A stretch of 64,000 bases of DNA, taken from assembly GCA_037379345.1 (NCBI GenBank), contig CM074519.1:41708851-41772850 (forward strand), read 5' to 3'. The notes beneath the pieces were generated by a model. It did no database searches, was not told the origin of the DNA, and was given only the letters and a program-made list of their open reading frames with translations. Below are positions 21,601 to 35,400 of this stretch, in pieces. The position numbers were made by a program, and so were the translations under genes. Positions within the stretch are counted from its first letter, which is position 1, and every line of letters begins with the position of its first letter. This DNA comes from Perna viridis (lineage: Eukaryota).

Positions 21601-24600
21601 GAGTATATATTCTATGTACCCTCTCCACTTTTCCACTACATGTACATGTAGGTAACAAGACTTACCTCTTACTGTTGTTACGCACATTAATTTCTTTACT
21701 CTTCTACGCCGTGTTTTTTTTTGTTATTGTTTTTTTTTATGGGGGTAGTCCGTCTTCGAAGTTCAGTTATGCTCTGTTCACTGCGTTTTTTTTATTATAA
21801 TGTACATTTAACTGAATAATGAGTCTCTCTATTATATATAGAATTTTCTTCTTCTATTTGAAAGTACATGTGTACTTATGGCGGTTGCTTTCAATATGCT
21901 ATATACATCGGAAGGCAATAAAATAATGTATTATAATGAATTAAAACCGATTTTTGTGTGAAATCAGACGAATTCGCGTTATTTGCACAAATCTAATTTT
22001 ATTCAAAATTGTCATTCTGCCAAGTCATTTTTGGGTGACTCGGTCACCATTCGAATTCAGAACTACAACCATAGATCGTTTGAGTATAACCTACATATCC
22101 CGTAGCATATATATTCTACATTTAATAGATTATTCAATACCTAAAGAGATCGATTGGCCTTAGGGTAAAAAAAACCTCCAGATTATAATACATGCGATTA
22201 CGTATGGTTCAAGTATTTTGTATAAATCCAAGTAAAATTCAGCGCAAAAGATGCTTTGAATAATGATACATACACTGGGGAGGAGGACTAATGCAATTTG
22301 CATTCACCAAACCAGACAATCAATAAATATGAATCTATGCTAAGATATATTTCATCCGTTTTCCTGTCGTTTAAAATGGCAACATAAAACTATACAAGCT
22401 TAAGTGTTAGACCCGAAGAGATTTTATCTTTAACACCACTTTAAATGTTTACCCTTATAGATAAGTTACTTTAAGATGTATAGAACTTGTAACAGACACT
22501 GGAATAAAAGTTCGATTATATATACATGGTACCAAGGATAATATATAAATATTCTATAATTAACTCCTTGCTGATACGGACCATTTTTGTATGAAAATCT
22601 CTGCTTTATTATGTTATGTTGTCGTTTTAAAACTGCATATTATTATCACCTATGTTACAATGTATATAAAGGAGCCCATGTTGTTATGCATGTATATATG
22701 ATAATAATTTGATCATATACAGTCATATATGCCCTTCAAACTTGGCTGAGATTGGGAAAATCTGTTAAAAAGGATGAAAAACACCATATGTTTAGCAGTT
22801 TTTCACTCTTTTAACTATGGCCACACGCGTGTTAACTCTCGTCTAGACTGGTTCCCTATCGCAATATTCAGTATGTTACACATATACAAATGAGTGAGAG
22901 TGTATTGCTAGTAGCTAATACCTGGAACGTAGTCCCAGTAACCAGGAAAACTCTCGTCCTTCATATATTTTGTGTATAATTGTCAGTTACAACTCATGTA
23001 AAAATATCTTGAATCAACAGATGTGTGGCCAAGTCTGTTCCTCACAAAAAGCATCCTAAAAATTAAATGTTAAAAGTTAAAAACTTTTGTAAAAGTTACA
23101 TAAATGCAGACTGTTATTTCTGAAATAACGTTATGAATCTTATATTCTTCGTTCGCGTCCATTTTACTATACTAGTACTACCTAGAAATCAGCTATAATC
23201 AAATTTTCAAATATTCTCAAGTTATGAGGCCGAAAGGGAACCTTACCGAACTTTCTCCTTTGAATAAGAATGAGCTACTGATAATCTTGAACCCTTTCAT
23301 AAATTTTTAGATCCGCCCGCCCTGAATAAGCGGTTATTTATGTGACAAATTGCGATAAAAAGCCCGCATTTCACGATTTCCATAAGCCGACTTTGTTTTT
23401 CTCTGGTCGGTACAAATGTATTTTTTATCCTTTTTTGAAACTACAAATACATGTAGAATACGAAATGGAGAACACTGCCGACAATATTCTATATAGCTGT
23501 GCACAATACATATCATGTTGTATGTATATTGTATGTTCTTTTGAAAAGTAAGAAAATTGTTTTAGAATAAAATGACAAAAATATGGAAAGAAAAACAACA
23601 ACAACAACAACAAAAATACACATGCATAATTACGACAAAAGAAATTGACTTAAAGTACATATTGTATAATTGAAAGAAGGTTTCTGTTTGTCATCATATT
23701 AAATTATACAAAATCAGTACCCTATCGAACCCGTCTGTTCATAGCTTCTCCTCTTTGGCAAATTTTGTTTTCTGTACGCCTTGCGATTGTAATCAATGAA
23801 TTGTGGTAGTCAGCACAATGTATTTTTTGAAACAATATGTTAGTATAAGGATACATGCCAAGAGACTTGCAAGGGAGTCCACTTTTTGTTGTTAACATGG
23901 ACATGGTCGGTAATTTACACAATTTACAATTACGAAATCATTCAGATTATAAATAAATAAATAAATAAGTTTTATTAAGAATCGACATGAAATACACAAT
24001 AATAAACATAAGCTCTATTGATCTTTGACCGACATATTTCTATATGACTAATATGAAAAAAAATTGAAACATGAAACATTTCAAAGACAAAATTCTTACT
24101 AAGCAATGAACATTTTGTCAGCATTGGTTTGACCGATGTTTTATTAATGCTGCTGATTTCTATAGTTAGCGATACTACCACCTTTTATAATTCTTGAGCG
24201 TGTACATTGGATTGGGTCTTGTTGATATTTTTTTTAATAGATTCAATAGCCCCTTGTGATTTTTCGATGCTTTCTATAGCAAGGCTTGTACGTGCACATC
24301 GTTATGTGTTATCAATTTCCCTAAAATTATAAATCAAGAACTCCAAATAAAACTGTCTTGTGTAACATCATTGAATTACATCAGGCACGTTCAATAGTGA
24401 TTAATAAACCTTATGTGGGTAAATAGGAAAGTGACTCACACCACAATATGCATACCATGGGAAATGTTTACGTCTAGGAAAAACATTACAGGTAATGATC
24501 AAACACAATAAAACCAATATATCAGGTGAAATATATACCTGTCATACTTACATGTTACATTCTTATAAAATTATCAAATTTAAATATTTGAAAGATTTTG

Positions 24601-26447
24601 AAAATATAGTGCATTGGTTTACATGTACATACACTCCCGAATTATTTAAAATTATATCATTCAAAGCCATGGCAATAGGTCAAATCCAGATCAAAATATG
24701 GTGCGTTTAAGGAACCCAAAGGGAATGTTAAATATATGCTGTAATAAGAGTGAATCTAGTGATTGTTTTGTTTCGTGGTGGTTGGAGTGGTAGACAGTTC
24801 CTACCGTTCTCTTCTTTATTCAAATTTGATTTCTATACACCGGTTACACCCACTTTCAGACCCCCTAACTTGTGCCACTTAACAGCCCCTGTGTTCCTGG
24901 TAAATACTGATTTGTCTAAACCAGGAAACACTACGTTCGCTCGGATTTGAACAATGGTCACTCGAAAAAAGAAAATAAGGCAAGGTTTGATTTAAAAAAA
25001 TTAATCAATGTAAGTTTAACGTCGATCCTTAACATTTAAAGCCAGGGGCGGATCCAGGATTTTAGCTTTGGAGGCATACAGTTATAATTTCACCGAGCGG
25101 AGGGAGGCGAAAAAAATTTTTGAGGTTAAATCTTCTAGAGTGGGTGCAATGTAAATAACTTTTGTGGTAAAATAAGCGAGAAATTAAAGTTTTAACCTAA
25201 AGCTCCTAAATCTACCCCTGACAACCCATGTTTTGCAAATTTTAAGGGGGGCATACGCCCGCCACACCCATGCCTGAATCCGCCTTGAAAGCCACGTTCT
25301 GTGATCAAGTCAGTCTTGAGAATATTATTAGACTAATCAAATCGTCAAATGTTCTATGCCACTGATTTTGGGTTGCTTTCAACATCCATGTAAATTCAAT
25401 GTTCCATTATTAAATCAATCTGTGAAGGTATATGTATGGACTTGGTTCAGATTTTAAAACACATTTAAAAAAATCACAAATTTTGGTGAGCTGAAACTTT
25501 AAGATTTAGGTCGATCATAGAAAGACTATGCTAGGTTGGTAATCGTGTTCTTTTCTATTTCACATCTTTTGTACATTACTAGCAAATTACGTGTAATTAT
25601 ACTTGACTCTTTAGAACTATATTAACGAACGTAACAATTCGTCAATCGGCTGAGATTGACTTTAAAAGTGATTTTTTTTGGAAATATTAATAAGGATTTA
25701 ATATACAAATGAGGAAAAACAAACACTGATCCTATATAATCACATTAATATCAGACTCCGATAGACTCCAAGATCATATGCTTTATACGTAATACGGAGT
25801 GCACGTTTGCGAGAAAACAGCGTGAAAAACCTGTCAGTCATTCGTCCATCTTATGTCCGATTCATCATAGATGTTACTTCATGTTTGATTTAACAGAAAT
25901 ATAGACACCATTGAGTTAAATTAAAGAAGGCAATCTTGTAAGTTCGCACCCGTTTCATTCCCCAGTTGATTATCTCTCGTATCTCTTTGAAGCTGATAAA
26001 CGATCTAGACTTTTTATGAAGACCACTAAAAGAGTGAATTTAATAATTATGTTGATAATGACATATAAATTATATGGAATATTTAACTCAATCAAAAGCA
26101 ATACAATTAAAAAATAGTTTTTTTCTCTGGTAAGTAACTGCCTGGGTTACCCTGCCTTATTTCATACTATGTCCAAAATCTCCCCCTTTTGACATCATTG
26201 TGGGTATGATTTGATATCAATTTTCAATGGATCATTGATAAATGATGTGCATTCAGTTTCATGATACATTATAATTTCTGTTGAGATTTAGTGTCAGAAT
26301 TCTAGCTGGATACTTACTAAAGTACCAAATCAGAAAATGTTTTTTGATAATGAATCCTAAAAGAAATAACAGATGCTTAATGATTATGGTGTCAGGCTTA
26401 TAAGAGCAACCAATGTGAAATCATGTATTAAATTTAGTAATAAATAT

Positions 26448-26478
<31 letters not shown>

Positions 26479-29400
26479 TTTCCTAACTTCTTATGATCAG
26501 TTTTTATTGTTACTTTTTAGCAGTTCTGTTTACATTGTAAATTGTATTTATATGTATTTCAGCACTGAAGAATTACCAAGTTGATATCACAGTAGATGAT
26601 ATTAATGATGAACTACCAAGAATCATCAACCATCCTTCACCTTTCCAGGAGCGAGTAGATCCAGCCTCTGCTACGCCTGGTACAAGGGTGTACCAACTGA
26701 AAGGATTTGATCCTGATGGAGGTTCATCACTAAGTTATTATCTTGATGGTAAGCACAAACTTTTAATTGTCCATCTATGTAGATTGTCATTATTATTCAT
26801 CACAATATTCTCACTCAGTCATTGGTTTCTTTGCTTGAGATGGTATACTGGAAGCTCAAAAATCATTTCAATTGAAAGTAACAATGGTAGTCTGTATATT
26901 GGTCTTATATTTGTGTTACTATTTAAAACAAGATGTGCATGTGTCCTTTGTTTATATATCATCATGTGTCCCTAGTTTCTAGCAATTATATTCATTGTGA
27001 TCCTGTTGTACATCAGTCAGTAAGAACAAAGGAAAATTTGTAGTGTTACGCGACAGATACTGATATTTTGCAGAATTCCTCTGCTGGTATTCATGTTTAA
27101 AGCCATCAAATTCTGATTGCGTGTCTCAGAAGTTTTTTCCTTGGTAGCAGGGTTTGATTAGGGGATACCCACAATGCAAGCAGCCTAACTAGTATATAAA
27201 AACTAAAAAGGGTGATCCTAGATTTGGGGAGTGCATTACTTCATCACAATTATTTCGAATATTGTATTGTTATTAACTGCTCTGTAATCACTTTACTAAG
27301 GATGGATCCAATAGATATAGATTTGTACATTCAAACTCCACATTTCTACAAGTGCTTGGACAGAAAGTGAAATTACTGCAATTGCTAGACAAAACTGTTT
27401 TTAGAGTTTCTGGTGTCATTGCACACCACATGATAAGTATCAAGGAAACCTGGTCTAGTGATGTCAAGGTATCAAATGATTCCTGAGACTCTGAAAAAAA
27501 ACTTTAATAAAGAATTATAATTTTTAGGATTAAATGACAATTTTGATGTTGAATTAACTGGAGGGTGGATCATAACAAAGAGACAGTTGAGTAGCGATAA
27601 TGTTTACACAGTCAGAGCTTATGTTATGGATACAAGAGCTCCATCAACACAAAGGAGTCCAACAGTCGAGGTCTTTATCTACACTAGGGACTTGAAACCT
27701 CAGTTCAATGAAACAGCTTACACAGCTAAAGTACAAGAAACCAACCAGCCAAGTCAGACGTAAGCTTTTTCACAAGTGTGGTATTGTTTTTTGTCTTTTA
27801 ATCATCATTTTCATGTACAAGTACAAGGTGTGAACACGACTTTGCTGTGTATTTTGTGAACATGTACATTTTTTATTATTCCAATATACTATATAGTTGG
27901 AGATCCTGGACACATTGGTGATAAATCAAATACAAACACATGTCTACTGATAATAAAAACTATTTTATTGTGTTTTCATTGCAGGATAAAACAATATTAG
28001 AGTATTGTTGAAAAAATACAGCCTTTAGGAGTACTTGACACAGGACATTCAATTTCCATTAAAACTTGACTTCTTGCTGATTGTTTGTGAAAAGTGCTCT
28101 GCATCATTTTGATTTTCACAGGATCTCTTTCATCCACCCCAGCTTGAAATCCTTGATAGTTCCTGTTAGCATCAGTTCAGTTATATACCTAACTCTTTTT
28201 CAGCTTTGATACATATAGGCCAGATGGCCATGTTAGTCTTGTTAGTGTCAAAAACTTCCAGGCCAAACTTGGTGGCAGTACAACGATTGCCGTCATGGAT
28301 GGTGGCACAGAATCTAATAAGTTTAGGATAGACGAGGATGGACGTGTTGTTACCATGACATCGTTAGATTATGAAACAGATCCACAGACTTTTGATCTGA
28401 AGATCGTGGCAACTGATACCAAGTCTTCAATGAGCTCTTCAGTTAATGTAGGTTTTGGATTAATTTTAACTTTCATGAAGCATTTTATATTTGCTATTTT
28501 TTATGGTGGATAGTGGAAAAAAGTATAAAACAATATTTCTTATTCAATGAGACTTGCCATCCTTTTTGAAAGTCAAAACTGCATAGAAATAATGCCACTA
28601 AACATATTTATTCTACTAAATCCCCACAAAAGAAGCTTCCATAAAAATTACTTTTACACCTTTACATTAAGTTTATTTAAACTTGTTTATGTTGACTCAC
28701 CTTTGTTTGTTATTCCACTGGTGCAGAATTTGCCAAATTAATTTTCAAAAAAATGGTAGTGGTGGAAATTAAAAACTACATAACATAACTCTTTATTTGC
28801 TTTGTAAATTATCATTTAAAAAAAAGAAGCAACTAAATTGTGAAGACCTTAAAGTGTTGTGACTGATATTACCTTGTCATTACAATTTTGTTTTTTGGTA
28901 TTTGTAGTTAACAATAAATCTGCAAGATAGCAACGAATATGACCCGACCTTCACCTTGTCAACATACACAGCTAGAATAGCAGAGAACCTGGCCTCAGGA
29001 TCATCTGTTCTGCCAGGTAATTATTTGCCACAACAGTCACACTCCTCTAGACAGTCATAAGGAAGATGCCTTGACAGTCACAATTTTCCTACTGCTTTGG
29101 GGAAGGGACCTGGGGCCCATGCAATTGGCAAAAAGTCTTTAAAAGACTAAAATGTACAATTCTTGAGATGAAGTCACAATCTGGAATTTCACTAAAGAAA
29201 TTTGGGAAATTTGTCTTCAGGAATGTGACCGAAATTGAGACCAAAATAAGGTTTGGAATACAACCGAAGGAAGATGTCTCAACAGTCATACTTTTGTCCC
29301 TAAGAAGGGCCATGGTACTCACAAAATTGTCCGATTCAATGAGTCATTACAAGCAAACTACTGTCCATATTGAAAGCCATGACACTCCTGTCCCATAGAG

Positions 29401-32400
29401 GAAGCCATGACAATTCCATCCCATAAAGGAAGCCATGACATTCTTGTCCCATAAGGGAAGCCATGACACTCCTGTCCCATATATGAAGCCATGCCACTTC
29501 TGTCTCAAACAGGAAGCCATGACACTCCAGTCACATCAAGGAAGCCATGGCAATCCTGTCCCATAAAAGAAGTCTTGACAATCCTGTCCCAAATAGGAAG
29601 CTATGATACTCCTGTCCCATAAAGGAAGACATGACATTCCTGTCCCATATAGGAAGCCTTGACAATCCTGTCCCATAAAGGAAGCCATGAAACTCCCTGT
29701 CCCATATTGAAAGCCATGACAATCACATTTTGTTCAAAGATGGAATTGGGTATCAGTCAATGGATTTATTAATATTTCAGACCATTTGGTTTCCTGAGTT
29801 GTAAATGGCAATGATAGCATAGGCCCTAAATAAATAATAATAATAATCAAATCCATGGCTATGATTTCTGAATGTACCTGGACTTGTACTGAATTCTTTC
29901 TTTAATTTCTGTGTTGACAAAAAATTACCCACATTCCATTAATTAAGTTTTCTGTGACTTTCTTCAACCATTGGGATAAATAAACAACATGACAATAATA
30001 AATTGTTTTGTACTGACAATCAATCACTCCAGATAGCAGTGTTGTCTTAGTTCTTCATTTTTCTATCTCTCTTTTTTTTTCCATTTTAGCTGGTAACACA
30101 GGTATTTTGATTACATATAAAATGGTGTATTATAATTATCCTTGTATTATGTATCTATTATGACTTTTACCTGTTTTAACTTGGTCCTATTTTACTTTTT
30201 AGTTTATAATTGCTCCCAGTATTTGGTTTAATACCCAGTCTCATCATAATTGTCTGATATAATCTCTAATCCAACTACAGCTGTACCGACTTACAGCCTA
30301 TATGTAAACCTTTGGTTCTAGTTCTGCTAATCACAAATAATCTTCCATAGCTTCTCTGGGTACAAATTTAACCAATGTTGTGAATTATGAAGCCAGTATG
30401 ATCTGTTGTTGAGTTGGTTTAGATGTTTCAAAGATAAGGATGTGAAGCGCAATGTAACAACTGATCTCATGGTAGGTTGATGTTACCATTTGTACTGGAC
30501 TTTAAGCCATGCTTCCTTAAACACTTTAATATATCCTGTTTGTTGTGGAAGTTACATCCTTATTTACTGTTCTGCTTCATAATTTCATTTTTGTTTCTGT
30601 TTGAAAAATATTTGGTTTTATTTTCCTTCACTTAGTAATTCTATATCCATACTGTCCTTTGATGATTCCCATTGTGTTTTTGTACCATAAATACTTGTGA
30701 TTTGCTTTGTTCACAAGGTACAGATTTACCAGATACACTTTATACAATTTACCATCAGTACATTTCAAGTTAACATTGTACAGCTATATATACCATTGTA
30801 TTACAGTGAATAACAGAATCTAACACTATGTACCTAATATAAGTGTATAGTTAATCAGAACAAAGATGGGTGGCAGACAGTGCTCTGACACAATGTACTC
30901 CAGAAGATAGAGATGTCTCCCTTTGATAAAGCTCAGTGCCTTTTAGATAGGTCGATCTTTCTATGAGTGCACTATTAAGGAGCAAAGTGCAGTATTTGCT
31001 TCTCCCAAATTTTGCTTTATTGGTTAAAGGTTTGATTTTATCAAGAATTTTGCAAGGAATTTTTCAGAGTTAATTATTTGTCATACATTGATAGAAACAG
31101 TGCTTTGGAATGTGAAAGTGATTGATGAAGTTTGTTGAAGATTTCTGTTAACCAGTAGATCTGTTTGATACAATATATTATTATAATGTACAGGACATGT
31201 AATCTTAATTTGGCTTGTGTGTATTCCTTTTATATCTCATTTAAATGTGGAAGACAACATTGTGGAATTGCCTTGAAAGTATCGACTTTTGTATTGCATT
31301 TTTAGGATATTCCACACTTGTTACCCCAGTTGTAGTATAAAGCTGAGTCTTTTACTTAGGTCACTACGTCTTACTTACAACATTAATATATATCTGACAT
31401 AGAAAAAGAATGTGGCGTTTATTTATAAACAGGTAAAAACTTGCATCTTTTCGTACAATATCATGTAAGTTTCACAGAATCTGATCTACTTATGTGTGTA
31501 TTGTTTGGTTTTACAGTGACAGCAACTGACCAGGATGCAAACTCGGTTTTGACCTTTTGGGTCAGTGAACCTTTATTTTCTGTACAGTCTTTAAGTGACA
31601 CAGTTGGTGAACTCAAAGTGAATGGGTAAGTCAGTGACACTTGACATTTGAGTGGCTATAACTAAACCACCACAATTAAGTTCAGGTGAATGAGTAAGTC
31701 AGTGACATTTAAATTTTAAGTGGCTCTAAATAATCCACCACAATTAGGTCAGGGTGAATGAGTAAGTTAGTGGCATTTGCCTTTAATGGGCTATAACAAA
31801 ACCACCATAATTAGGTCAAGGTGAATGAGTAAGTAATTGACATTTGCCTTTAATTGAGCTACAAGTAAACTCCCACAATGAACAGGGTGAATGGAAAATT
31901 CTTTAGAAACCTGGCTCTGTAGGGCTGACCAAACAACCCCAATGAACTGAGGGTGAATGTGTAAATCTATTGAAACCTGGCTCTGTAGGGCTGACCAAAC
32001 CACCACAATGAACTGAGGGTGAATGTGTAAATCTATTGAAACGTGGCTCTGTAGGGCAGACCAAACCACCACAATGAATTGAGGGTGAATATGTTAATCT
32101 ATTGAAACCTGGCTCTGTAGGGCTGACCAAACCACCACAATGAACTAAGGGTGAATGTGTAAATCTATTGAAACCTGGCTCTGTAGGGCTGATCAAATTA
32201 TCACAACTATATATTTAGGTAATTCCATTTCAATCTACTGTTTTGATGTTTATAAAAAAAATATTCTGGATTTGAATTGTGTTGTAAATTAACTTTCTTA
32301 CATGTAACACTTTCCTTACTGATTCTTACTTTTGAAGCCATGAACCTCCATAGACGGAAATAAATGCAAAAATATTATTATAATATGCAAACCAACATTT

Positions 32401-35400
32401 TAAAGCTGGACCTTTGCCAGTTCTTCAAAAGCTTACATGGCATTACCCATAGTTCTATTCATATTAATATTTTCCATTGATAATTTTTATGATGAAATAA
32501 AGTTCAAGTATTCAAAGCTTAGCCAATCATCATATGTGACTGTAACCCAACAAAGACCAATGGATAACAGGTTCTTTACAATATCATTTGAATGTGATGG
32601 TATTCCTTTTTAGAACCCTTGATTACGATAGATTGACAAGCCACAGGTATGAATTTGACATTTACGTGAAAGACAATGGACAACCGAGTAAGACAAGTCA
32701 AGCTAAGGTGCTGATTGATGTTACCAATGTAAATGATGAAAAACCTGAGTTCCAGAGCAACAATATGGTTACTACCATTAAAGACAGTATACAAACAGGT
32801 TCAGATATCTATCTGGTGCAGGCTGTAGATCTGGATGGAGATAAAATCACATATACCTTTGAAAGTAAGTAGATGAACTGAATTAAAGACAATAAAATTA
32901 TTAATATGTATCTACCAGGCGTTCAAATAAGTGCAGATCCCAGTGTTTGAGACCCCCAATTTTGTTATGAAATATCATTTAACCCAGGTCCAGGATCTAC
33001 CAAACTTCACATTTAATCATATTGAGGACCTTTCACTTTCTTCTGGTTTGGACCTTTCAACATTATATGATTGGTTTTACAGCTTAAAGCCTAATTGACA
33101 TTTATTTTTAATAAATTTACTGTAATTGAAATTAGAAAATTTTGAAAATTGCAGTTAAGCACATTTTTCTCTAAATTAACATCCATATTTTATTTTATAC
33201 TTGAAGATCACTTAAGGTATATTTACTTTTCTAGATAATGCTCCGCAGAGAGATATCTTCCAAATCGACAGTAATACTGGCCAGATTAAGATTAAGTCAG
33301 GACAGTCAATCCCATCCAATGTTGACGTGTACAACCTTCCTGTTTGGGCAACTGACGATGGAAGTTGCTGTGGTGGCACCAACAGGCTTACAAGTGAAGC
33401 TGTAGTCACCATAAACATTGTGGATTCTGTAAACACTAAACCTGAATTTACACAGTGTAATACTTACAGACCTACCATAATGGAGAATAAAGAAATTGGC
33501 ACTTCAGTTATAACTGTAAGTCAAGCTAGGCTAATATACAACCTATGCTTCACATACAACATAAGTTCAACTTTAAATAAAATTGAGTTGAATAAAATAT
33601 GGGATAGAATAATCACATATCTATTGCAATGTCATGATTAAATAACATCAAATCTTAAATTACAAGAAATATTAATAGTTTATCGTCCTTTATTTTATTA
33701 TATCATGTTTGAACTGCATTTAAGTTGTGTCTCCTGTTCTTGTTGTATAATATACATGTTAGAATTGCATTATAGTTGTCCCTCCAGTTATACATGTTAG
33801 GTCTCTTCTGTGAGGGTGATATACAGGATTGTCCTGTTACCATGTTATAACTGCATTATAGTTGTCTCCCCTCTTGCACTAATTCAATTAAGCTTTCTCT
33901 CATGTTGCAGTAATATACAGACTATAACTGCAGTGTAGCCATCTCTCATGTTACATGTTAAAACTGCTTATAGTTGTTATGATTATACATGCTGTATTAT
34001 ACTTGGGTATCCTGTTATGGTACTGCATAATAGTTGTCTTTCCTGTTTCAGGTATCGGCAACAGATAATAACAGAGGAGAAAACGGAATAGTGGATTATT
34101 TTGCTGTTACACCTGGAAATCAAGAAGTTTATTTCACCATAAACAAAACAACTGGAGTTGTCAGTACAGAGAAAGTTCTAGATCGAGAAAGCTTTGGATC
34201 TCGGTATCTCTTCTTCACAGTTAAAGCTGTTGATAGGGGAACTCCCCCTGGTGATGAATACTGTACATTTCAGATTTCGATAGGAGATGACAATGATAAT
34301 AAACCTGAGTTTGGAGTGTCATTGTATAAAGGTAATATTGTAAGAACTGCTGGTATTGGGAGAATTGTTATGACAGTGAAGGCAACAGATAAAGATATTG
34401 GACAGAATGCTGAGATAGTCTACAGTAAAGTAACAGCATCAGATTTCTTTGATATAAACAATGCCACTGGTGTAATCTCAGTTTCTCAAGCTCTGAGCAG
34501 TGCAGTAAGTTTAAATTTACATATTTTTTGTATGCGAGCTACATTTGTATCACAATCTTGTATATTAATGAAATTCTTTACTTAAATCTGTAACTTTCTT
34601 CTAGCAAAGGTATTTACATGTATTACTATTGTTGTAAACACTTACAAAATATATCCTAATAGCCGAACATTTTTAAGTGTAAAAAAATTTTAAATTTACT
34701 AAGTGAGCTAAACATTATTGAATTTAAATTTTAAGCCTGTCTGTTGGTTTTAACAAAATGCTTTCGCTCTCACATAATTCCTGCATTGTTGATCAAATTA
34801 ATTGAAACTGAGTTCAATGTTCAAGATTATTACTGTCTGATGTCAACTATGTACTCAGACATAGAAAGGAAACTGGTACATATTGTTTTTCATACTGTAT
34901 TTCTTTATTTCAGCCCAATCCTACAACATTCAGTATTAAAGCAACAGATAAAGGTACACCATCCCAGAGTTCTGATAATGTTTCAATAGAAATAACAATA
35001 ACAGACAATGATGATTTAAGCCCACCAAAATGGAGTACAACATCACCTCAGTTTAGCGTTAATGAGACTGTCCCACAGGATTTCTTAGTTGGCAGTTTGA
35101 CAGCCACATCTCAGATTGCTGGTAGCACTGGTGTCACATTTACAGCAATTGCTGATGGTAATGCAGGAAGTCAGGTCCCACCATTTTATATAAAACAGGA
35201 TGACAATAATCCAAACCAAGTCAACATCTACATCCTGAATAGATTAAATTATGAAGAAACGAAATCTTACTCCTTCCAGCTGAGAGCTAGGGTTAGTATA
35301 AGAGATTAAATTTATAGAATTCCTATCAACTATGAATGATACTGTTATGATAATGATATCATATCATGGTGGATTGCTTAATGTACCACATTTAACATCA

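Noticed and set aside
30200-30900. Possible decayed transposon ORF on the minus strand of cadherin intron 5
   Set aside because: Purine-rich but heavily interrupted; no diagnostic motif found.
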